Shown here: one piece after another, positions 54,020 to 64,000 of the stretch
Layout of the letters: each line of letters begins with the position of its first letter
Position numbering within the stretch: position 1 is the stretch's first letter
DNA from: Eledone cirrhosa
Taxonomy: Eukaryota
Reading direction: 5' to 3'
Length of the DNA: 64,000 nt
Assembly: GCA_964016885.1 (NCBI GenBank)
Contig: OZ024745.1
Location: forward strand, 116,684,001 to 116,748,000
The notes under the pieces: generated by a model
Seen by the model: only the letters and a program-made list of their open reading frames with translations
The model's database searches: none
What the model was told of the DNA's origin: nothing
Position numbers and translations under genes: made by a program

Positions 54020-54315
54020 ACAGGGGGTTTGCTGTCGTCCCCTTGGCAGTTGAGATTCCTGGTGTCCTTGGCCCTGGGGCCACCTCCCTAATCACCACCA
54101 TAGGCGCTGAGCTGGCCAGCCGCAGGTGTGGGCCTCGCGAGATGGAATGGCTCTTCCAGCGCATCTCCCTTACCATCCTACGGGGAAACTCCTTCTCCAT
54201 TCTGTCCGCCGGGGCTGTGGGGAGGCCAGCACGTGGGACCCCATTTGCTCACCATACAGAGAGATGGGAGGGCAAGAGAGATGGATGCGTTCGGACCATA
54301 TCCTTGTGGTTGTGT
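54020..54315 (+). mobile_element. CRE-like LINE 3' fragment
   Basis: FAVVPLAVEIPGVLGPGATSLITTIGAELASRRCGPREMEWLFQRISLTILRGNSFSIL. Confidence 0.8.
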
Positions 54316-55507
54316 TTAGAAATAATTCTATACTAAGAGCGTGTATTAATACTGATAGAGAGTTGGAACTAATACCAGAAAGCATTCTTCTATCTCACGT
54401 TCTAACCACCCTGTCAATTCGCCGCCTTTTCACTTATATAAATGTAACTAATAGTCCAAATAATGGTAATAGTATGAACAGTAACTCATCTCAGACATTT
54501 AAATAGGTTTTAGCATAAATATTTTGTAATTCTGATTTTTTGTTTTATTATTTACGTTATTTATTAATATTGATTTTTAACATTGTCACAAGACAATGGG
54601 GGAAGATACACATTCGATTGCATTCTCATTAGTACATTTCTGATATTGTTAATCAAACAACCAAGAGAGGTATTAACTGGAGACCTCCTGACTCATTGTT
54701 CTGTCCCACTAAATTTAACATTCAAATCCTGCTGGAGTTGTTTTTCTATTTTATGATAAGAACGACTATCATAACAGAAGTCAGTTCAATGAAGTCTACA
54801 CCTCCCGAACAAACATTGTTCTACTAAGATGAAATCAATAAGAGTGTAAAAATAGGAAATCGATATTAATAGCAGCAAGCGTGAATAGTGAATTTGTAAA
54901 AATAATTTAGAACCAGACTAAATATTTACATTTCAAACACATTTCAACAACAATATGTGGTGGATCTCTCTTTTCTTTTCCTCAATAAATGGTTCAAACC
55001 CACACCAACGAACCCCACCTTTCTTTACGCTAACTACATATATTCAGACCACTACCCTTATTATGGGTTATGTATTTCCGAAGCAGACCCTGACCGGTTT
55101 CCTTCCATTCTGGATTTTAAATTAATGCTTCCAGTATACACCTTAATTCCTCCTGTCTTCTCACAAAAAGTTTGACATGCATGGCAATAGTATTGTATAT
55201 ACTGAAGTATATTTATTCAATTTAAACTCCTCACAAAACCAAAACTACCGTTGTTAAATAGTTGTGTTTGTATGGCAATAGTCTATCAACTGCAGTACTT
55301 CCATACGTTCTCTGGACAAGTCATCTTATTTTTACTGTTTCCTAATTAAAGGTTTGTCCCCACGTAACTAAATGTAGACTAGGGTAAAAGAAGTGAAGTG
55401 AAGTGAACTGTCACGGGGTCTGTATGTACGAAGTCTCGTTGTAGTCTCTCGTTGGTAGTTCGGAATTACGCCTAGTGGATGCCTTTCACAGACACATTTA
55501 CTAAGGC

Positions 55508-55829
55508 AAAAGTTCTCAAACTTTTTGGGCCACCCATTTCCTCACGTCCTCATAACACCATCAGCGCCCCACACCTATTTCCATAGAGACCTACCTACAC
55601 ACAAATCGTAAGTAATAAATAATAAATAAAATCGTTCATTTATATATAATAAATAATATAAAATATACTATGCATAAATATATTTTTTGTTTTACTATAT
55701 CTATATATGTATCATTTGATATTTAATATACTATTATATCATCTCTACTGCCCCTTTCCCATGGACCTTCTCCCCCCCCCCCCCACCCCACCCCCCGAGG
55801 GGTGGTAGCGCCCACTTTATGAACCTCTA
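55508..55829. mobile_element. Decayed hAT/Charlie-like MITE
   Basis: Ends CAAAAGTTCTCAAACT.. and ..ACTTTATGAACCTCT resemble CAG.GGTTCTCAAAC TIRs. Confidence 0.4.
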
Positions 55830-56109
55830 CACTGGGGAATGGGAACAAACTCTTTACGGATAGTAGAGTGACAGGTCGTAATCCCGAGAAAGGACCTTTG
55901 AGATTCATTGATTGCAATAGCTTTCCAGTTTTATGAGGATGCTCTACCCCCTACAATTGTCTCTGTACCAGTATTTAAATTTACCCACGTTTTATGTAGA
56001 TGCACTGGTACGTTAGCGTGTATTTTTCTATATTGTCAACTACCTCCATTAACCCTACTGAGGACTAGGTTCCCTCCTCACTATCATATGATTTTCAGCT
56101 ATTACAAGG

Positions 56110-56295
56110 GGTCTGGATTGGAAGAGTTGATAGAGCGCTGTATAAAATTCCATTACGGTATTTCTTCTGGCTCTCTACGTTCTGAGTTCAAATCCCATCC
56201 AGATCAACTTGTCCTTCCCACCTTACGTCAACTACTGGGGTTAATCAACTTTACCCTTCCTCCATATTTTATTGCCCTGTGCCGAGATTAGAAAT
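56110..56295 (+). mobile_element. Old SINE family A-related copy
   Basis: GGATTGG head, TCTGAGTTCAAATCCC B-box. Confidence 0.6.
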
Positions 56296-57559
56296 CAATA
56301 TTAAGTACTGACTAATGCAGTACTGAGAGACTCTTGCATGGTTGCCTCTGGGGACCCGGGACACTTCAAGTTTGGGGACTCCTAACACAAACAAATTAGA
56401 ATACACACCAAACCCCCAATTTTACATATCAAGGTCAGCTTGGCACAAGTAATTGTAATTGAAAATTTATACATACTGGAATTAAATTCAGAAATTCTAA
56501 CCATCCCGAAAAGCCCAGGAGAGGGCATAAATAAATTGCTATAGCTCACCTTTGCTTTTCACCCTTCAAGAGTCGATAAAATAAAGTAGCACCAGTCAAA
56601 TATTAAAGTTGATTTAATCAACTTTTTTCAAAAATTTGCTGGCCTTGTCCTTCAATCTGTTATGTGTTTATAAGAAGACTGTAAACACTTTTACTGCACC
56701 TTCGTAGTTTATTTCTCACTAAAGAGAAATAAAATCTAAATTCAATTATATGTCACATTAAATGGAATATTACTTGCTAGTATTCTTCATTATTTCAATA
56801 ACACATTAATATTAGATAGTCATTCAAAATAATCTCAATGTTTAATTAAAACAGACTGGTTTCTTTCAAATACAACAATTTCCAAACTCTTTCATTTCAA
56901 ATATTGATAAATGGATTGTTGGCATTCAATTGCGAAATTCGTTGATTTAGAAGTACTTATAAATGCATTTGGAACTGAAGAATTTCTCAAGTCTTTATTA
57001 TCAGGGGGGGGGGGGGGGTTATAATATACGAGAACAATTTAGAAATCATTCATTTCCAGAAGTGAACAGTTGTAGGTTACCAATATCATACTAATTTGAT
57101 ATACTATAGATTTGAAGTTTGAACACAAAGAAACATAATTAAATATCCTAATTTGGTATTCTATGACAGGCCATGTTATAAATAGAGACAGGTGATTAAA
57201 TTAAATCAAGATTGATTATTCTATTCTTCCCAGGAGGTACTGTTATATAATGCCAAATTGACATGAGTATCTGTATTTCATAACAGGGAATTCAAACATT
57301 CCTAAAATGTTACTGTGCCAGAATTGTGTTTATTCCTCCCATCAAATGTAAAGAATACATCTTCGAACAAAATACAGAATTTCTGTATCGTTTTCTGATA
57401 TATGATAAAAATGTGAACATTGGTGATTCTACAGATGACATTAGTAGTGTTAGTAATAATAGGAACGATCGACGTTCGTCAAATCGGACCGAGGGAACAA
57501 TGTTTCCGTTGGTCTTTCCAATTGCTAATACTATCTATCGGTCGCAACTCCAGGTAGAA

Positions 57560-57675
57560 GGAGCAACGTGAAATAAAGTGTCTTGCTCAAGGACATAACG
57601 CGTCGCCTGGTCCAGGAATCGAACTCACAACCTTACGATTGCGAATCCAATTCTCTAACCACTCAGCCACACGCC
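57560..57675 (-). mobile_element. SINE family B head (tRNA-like plus CORE-like)
   Basis: Minus strand: GGCGTGTGGCTGAGTGGTTAGAG..GAGTTCGATTCCTGG..TGTCCTTGAGCAAGACACTTTATTTCACGTTGCTCC. Confidence 0.85.
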
Positions 57676-57811
57676 ATGTGTGGCTGTTAGTAATAAACCG
57701 AATGCTAATAATATAAAAAAGTAGGAAAAACCCAAACTATTTTATAAAAGAAATATTGAGTACTTACTTTCACTGGTGACATATTTGACAGGGTAATTGT
57801 AGTCACTTTTT

Positions 57812-57980
57812 TCACAACCACAAGGATATGGTCCAAAAGTAGAAGAGCCGAACTCCCACTTTTATCGCCTCCATCCCTCTCGCCCTGCCCATCTCTCTGT
57901 ATTGTGAATAAATGGGGTCCCACGTGCTGGCCTCCCCACAGCCCCGGCGGACAGAATCGGGGAGTTTCCCCGGAGGATGG
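57812..57980 (-). mobile_element. CRE-like LINE 3' end
   Basis: Reverse complement of 54170-54315. Confidence 0.8.
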
Positions 57981-58862
57981 CAATGGAGATGTGCTGGAAT
58001 GTGGTCTATATATTTGGATATCGGCAAATATATATCATTTCAATACTACTCGATCACATCTTCAGTTTAACTTCATATCCAACGTCTTCGTTAGAGGATG
58101 TTTTCAATTAGTAAGAGAGTACCCCAAATCAATACAAGAGTATTGAACTTTTCATATTAAATTGTGTGTGGCTAGTGATCGTATACTATCCATATAAAAA
58201 TGTTTTAAGAATCGGTAAACTTTATGGTCTTAGAAGAGAGATGGTTTATGAACAGCATTTGGGTTGTCCTGGCATTGGGAGGAACCCTGAGTGTGTTTAT
58301 AATGCCTTATACTGGTCTAAAGTCCTTGCTAGCATCTTCAGTAGTAACATATGCTAGAACGCTTGAACTTAGAACCCCCCAAAATACTGTTGTAGCCTGA
58401 TAAATGACATACTAAAAGTATTCTATAAAACTAAAAAAAAGCTCTGTCATCTTGAGGATAGTGAGTACACCGCAGTATTATTTATTAAAGCGTGAAACTA
58501 CTATTTAATCTTAGCTAGATAAGGTCGATTATATTATTTTTAAAAACTATCAAAATTCATTTGTAATTCAGTCCATATATTCACAGTTAGTTGAATGTCA
58601 TATTTGTTGAATTAATGCATCAATATGCATTTGAAGTTTATCTTTGATATTGCACTCAATAGTATGCAGTAGAAGTATTGATCATGCCTGCTGATACTTT
58701 GGATAGATATACGTAGACAATTTGTCACAATTTCCATTTCCTTGCGGTGAGTCAGTGTAATGTATCAGATTGTTTCAATTTCAGCAGGACATATTTTGTA
58801 TTACCTTAGTGACTCTGTGATGCTATGATGCTGCATGAACACACTTACACATATATGCATCG

Positions 58863-58948
<86 letters not shown>

Positions 58949-59196
58949 GACCTAACTTAATTTATAAAATAATTTTTTTTAAGAAAAAAAAAATATATAT
59001 TTTTCTAATCCGGTAAAAAATTCTTTTTGGGATTTTGTGAAGAAAATAAATTTGTTGAAAGCACAAGTGAAGCCATTTTTTCTTCCCCCTGTCTTAATAT
59101 ACCTAACTGTACCAAGGATTACACACATTTTCCAATATATATATATATATAGTGACGAAACATAAGTCAATTTCATGAACTCATAATCCTTTATTT

Positions 59197-59252
59197 ACTG
59201 CTATATATATTTCGATGATAGCCATTGAATGGCTATGACCTCATCAGGCAGT
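59197..59252 (-). ncRNA. Type-I hammerhead ribozyme
   Basis: Minus strand: ACTGC-CTGATGA-GGTc ATAGCCAT tca ATGGCTAT cATC-GAAA-TATATA-TA-GCAGT; AUA triplet. Confidence 0.85.
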
Positions 59253-59313
59253 TAGTCAGTTCTTAGATATGCCAGCTCTGTGTTTTTGGTGTTGATGGTT
59301 TCAGAGCCTTGGG

Positions 59314-59365
<52 letters not shown>

Positions 59366-59411
59366 AACTAAAATAAATAGGTCAGATATTTAAAATTTGG
59401 CTTCGTTTATT

Positions 59412-59466
59412 ACTGCTATATATATTTCGGTGACAGCCATCTTTGGCTGTGACCTTTTCAGGCAGT
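59412..59466 (-). ncRNA. Paralogous hammerhead with covarying stem II and G8A core change
   Basis: Minus strand: ACTGC-CTGAAAA-GGTc ACAGCCA aaga TGGCTGT cACC-GAAA-TATATA-TA-GCAGT. Confidence 0.7.
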
Positions 59467-59506
59467 CCGAATTAGTGTGGTAGAGACGAGTACACATGTT
59501 GTTGAG

Positions 59507-59620
59507 ATGTTTAACTTTGTCAATACTCTGATATGCCCAGTTCCTGGTTGGGTTGTTCCTCAGTGAAATAATAACACAACCAGGAACTGGGGATATCAGA
59601 GTATTGACAAAATTAAACAT
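59507..59620. repeat. Hairpin with arms of about 44 bp at the PLE junction
   Basis: ATGTTTAACTTTGTCAATACTCTGATAT.CCCAGTTCCTGGTTG and its reverse complement. Confidence 0.9.
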
Positions 59621-60200
59621 TTTAAGATAGAATTGGCCGAATACGTTTTACTAACTACTTATAGCAGATGCGTTAAAAACCCCTTTAAGTTTGTATCTGT
59701 TTTGTAATTTCTATAAGAGTTTTCTATTCTCAACTTATTAACCTGTAATTGTAAGATAGCATTGTGATTTCTTTATTCATTTCTCACTGTCTAATTTTAT
59801 ATATGATGTAATTTTATATATATATATTTTTTTATTTATTTCTAGTATCTTTTATTTTCTCCTACTCTCTTTCGATTTACCTATTCTATAACCTCCCTCC
59901 TCCACTTCATACACTATCCTTAGAATCTGATGTATACCTATCACTTTCAACGCTTGACCGCTCCACTCAGCACCCACCCACCCTATTGGTCTACAGGCAA
60001 GTTCAGCCACCCCTACTCCCCACCAAATGCCATGATAGACTTATTTGTGTTTACAACAAATTTTAACCAATCCTCTTGACAACTACAATCTTACCATATA
60101 AGGAAGTACCCCCTTCACCAGGCTAAAAATTCTAATTTAGTCCAGAAATAGCCGTCGAAACGGCTTGAGCTCTGCCGTCGGGGTCATACTTTTTCCTATT
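59618..60200 (+). mobile_element. Solo pseudo-LTR of the Hydra-like PLE family
   Basis: Reverse complement of 43720-44297; HHR 3' half GAAACGGC..GCCGTC-GGGGT intact, 5' core deleted. Confidence 0.85.
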
Positions 60201-60299
60201 TCCCACTCTACTACCCTAAATATTGAGTACTCTGGTGCGTTATGGTTCCTTACCACAATTCCTTTGTCATCTGGTTCCTTACCACAATTCCTTTGTTAA

Positions 60300-60590
60300 A
60301 TATATATATATATATAAACGGAAAAAATGAAACGAAATTTCATTTCTCACTCTTAGTACGGCTGTTACTTAAATATAAGTATATACACGTACATACATAT
60401 ATGTATACAGACGTACAGTAGTATGTATATATATATATACATACATGCACACATATATACATGTACGTATAGATTCACCGAACATTTATTATAATGCTCG
60501 GTGTGTTTGTAAACAAACATCCCGAATTAAGCCGTAGTGTCTAGCAACCATCGTTGCTCATTTGTTCAACACTGACAAAGGAACGGTGTA
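60300..60590 (-). mobile_element. Copy of the module at 41340-41615
   Basis: Collinear match; truncated at (TA)n just at the HHR cleavage region. Confidence 0.85.
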
Positions 60591-60665
60591 TATATATATA
60601 TATATACATACTTATATATATATATATATATATATAGTTATGTAATAAACAACATAAGGCTATTA

Positions 60666-60727
60666 TTTCATTTACCAGTGGTTTCTTAAAAGCAAAAAAA
60701 GTTTGCTTTCACTCATCAGACGGAATT
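60666..60727 (-). ncRNA. Type-I hammerhead motif with weak stem I
   Basis: Minus strand: CTGATGA-g TGAAAGCAAA..TTTGCTTTTA a-GAAA-CCACTGG-TA; 10-bp stem II, GUA triplet; stem I has mismatches. Confidence 0.6.
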
Positions 60728-61329
60728 ACTTCATTTATATATATATATACATATATTTAATATAGAAATGGCTTCTACAAGACTACAAGACTAGAACTGT
60801 TTCATTCGGGAGAAATCATCTACTATGTATTGAATACCTTAGTTACTGTGGTTGTCCCCGATTGAACCCGAGATAAAGTACTCAATACATACCAGAGTAT
60901 AAATATTTAATATAGAAATGTTTAAGCCATTTATATATATATAAAAGAATTAGCATCAACATAGCTGTATACATACATGTATGTGAATTTCGTATATCTT
61001 TAGATATATGTTTAATATATGTTTAGATATATGTTTAATAAATAAATATTTTGAAAGCGCAGCTACACATATTGAAAGGCTGACGACCAACGTCGTCTAG
61101 CGGATTCCAGCTGAAGCAGCGATGGATAACTGCTTATGTGTATTTCGAGCTGATGAATCTCATCGAGACGACAGTGCCTCCCTGACCAGCCGCTTTCTGC
61201 TGTAATTTGAGAATTTATAGTAATTTCGCCTGGGTAGGTGGGCTGATTAGCCTCATTTGTATATGAAGCTGTATAAGTTGGCTCAACTTAAATATATATT
61301 TAAAATTTAACTTCAACATAGCCGTATAA

Positions 61330-61920
<591 letters not shown>

Positions 61921-62098
61921 CCTCGAGCTCATTATATTACAGGGAACAACGTGGGTCCTTTACATGTTATCCTGATAATTTCTCCCGAATGAAACAGTTC
62001 TTGTCCTGTAGAAGCCATTTCTATATTAAATATTTATACTATGCTATGTATTGAGTATCGTACTTACTGTGGTTACCCCAGATTGAACCCGGGATAAA

Positions 62099-62139
<41 letters not shown>

Positions 62140-62164
62140 ATAAATTTTGAGGATAAATTTTCAT

Positions 62165-62224
62165 TTAGTCCAGAATTAGCCGTCGAAACGGCTTGAGCTC
62201 AGCTGTCGGGGTCTTACTGGTTCC

Positions 62225-62225
<1 letters not shown>
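62165..62225 (+). mobile_element. 3' fragment of the Hydra-like PLE pseudo-LTR (HHR 3' half)
   Basis: AGCCGTC-GAAACGGCTTGAGCTCAGCTGTC-GGGGT followed by (TA)n. Confidence 0.75.
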
Positions 62226-62272
<47 letters not shown>

Positions 62273-63014
62273 ATATACATTATTCGAGAAACCGGCGCTT
62301 TTGTCGCCTGCTTCAACACAAAGATGTCCATCCATATGAAAATTCTCTTGGCCAGAGTATGTCAAAATCCCGTGCATTTCTATTCAATCAGAATCACATT
62401 CCCGATTTTAAGCAGAGAAGTGTGAGTTTAAGTTCTGCTACAACAAAAGGATTAACAAATTCACCACTGAAAATTAGGAAAACTAAAATGTATTGATTTT
62501 ACTCAAAAGCACAAGTTGTTAAATAAATTGAACTTCTGTTCTGTTCTTACTGACCTTTACACACTGATTGATTAAGCAGCTTCTCAGATATTGATTGGCC
62601 ACGCTCTTTCTTTCTCTCACAACTATTAACACGGAAGGTCGTCAATATTAAACTTTTGAAGTCTCTCTACTTACGTCCTTCTAAGTTATTCTTTTCATTG
62701 CTATTAATATTGCCAACCATACCTGATGTGACAGAAACCACTAAAAATGCCTCCCGTAAAAAGATATTTTGATTGAATGAATACCACAGATAGTGATTGT
62801 GCATCTGCAGTAGTTCTAGAAATATTGATAATATATTCGCTGTATAGATTTATGTGGTCGTGGTTTCAAAGCTGTGCAGTTCCATTGTATTTTCTCTGAT
62901 CATATATATATATATTTTTTTAAGAATCTGGTGCTTTTAAGATCATGTGTATGCACATTCACATGTATACATATGTGTGTATGTATAATGGAATGTGTGT
63001 ATGTGCGTGTGTTT

Positions 63015-63060
<46 letters not shown>

Positions 63061-63099
63061 ACATGTTGTTGGAAACTAGGTCATCATTCATCAAATATA

Positions 63100-64000
63100 A
63101 TCCTGCTGAATATGTCGTGACTCCGGTCTAGACGCGACATATCACTTAACCTCTTACTAACAAACAAACCACTCTTCCATTTCATCCCTTGGACACACAT
63201 TCCTCACTCTTCACTGCTTTAAAGACGACAGCCCTTAAATTTACCCTAAAAGTCATATCTGTCCATATATAGTTTTGATCATTCCATATCGCTGCTTTCA
63301 TTTATGTGGAATTGAACAATAATTCCCAGTTACACCGAAACAAATCGTTCTCTCCTTCTTCTATCACTATCTAAACTCTTCAAAATAGTCACATCTCCTC
63401 AGTTATATCTATTCCAACATTGCGGAGAACTATCTCACATCCTCCTTCTCCAAAATCCTCGTTCTCGATGACTTCAATGCTCATATCTTTTATGTCACAA
63501 TGATGCCAATATAGGCACTAGTGTTTTCGCAATACTCACCTCTCTATATCAACTATTCTGATTTCCTCTACGCATCCATGACCATATACAGACAAGCCAC
63601 ATGTCCTTGGTCACTTTGTTACGTCAAAATCTGACAAGCTAATCCTTTCCCTGGAAGTACCAAATTATCGAACCATTACAATATCGTAACTACTCCCCCT
63701 ACGTTCACACGCTACACAAGACCACATCCACTTCAAGTTAGCTGGCTGATAGAAGCCCTCCACTTCTATACTAACTATCCCCAGCAGCATTCAGTCTGCC
63801 CTAGGGTTCGGCATCTTACAATATTTTCTTATACATCAACAAACTAATTACTGTCAACTCTAGCAAATCTCACTCCTACGCACATAATACAAACTTCCAT
63901 GATTCCTTAAACTTTCACATCCAAGTATAATCCACATGCAACCTAAACTCATTGTTTTAGATCTACTTTAACGTCATTAACAGAGATCTTGAGAAGGCCC
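63100..64000 (+). mobile_element. Old CR1/Jockey-group LINE, APE endonuclease relic
   Basis: ILVLDDFNAH (GDFN motif) near 63455-63485 and downstream LYQL..RIHDH..HVLGHFVTS; C/A-rich strand bias. Confidence 0.55.

Noticed and set aside
61078-61182. CTGACGA and CTGATGA followed by nested helices
   Set aside because: There is no GAAA-stem III-NUH half in register; at best a deleted HHR.

Overview
This is AT-rich eukaryotic (metazoan) non-coding DNA, not prokaryotic. Octopod cephalopod origin is my inference from the tRNA-derived SINE repertoire and the (TA)n density. I can support no intact host gene; most listed ORFs are microsatellite artefacts. The window is a transposable-element mosaic: about 20 copies of one tRNA-derived SINE (several with target-site duplications), other SINEs, a degenerate R4-clade LINE, fragments of CRE, RTE, Vingi/Ingi-like and CR1-like LINEs, a mariner relic, MITEs and two Penelope-like element (PLE) ORF relics with a CxCx5C linker and a GIY-YIG endonuclease (Hydra-clade-like). 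The main hidden signal is a dense set of type-I hammerhead ribozyme (HHR) motifs in short (TA)n-anchored, often fold-back modules. About 8 have intact-looking cores and about 10 more are variant or decayed, from many unrelated sequence families. Two families carry a UUGANAA core, i.e. a compensatory U3-A8 replacement of the canonical C3-G8 core pair. All folds were assigned by eye; none was computed or tested.
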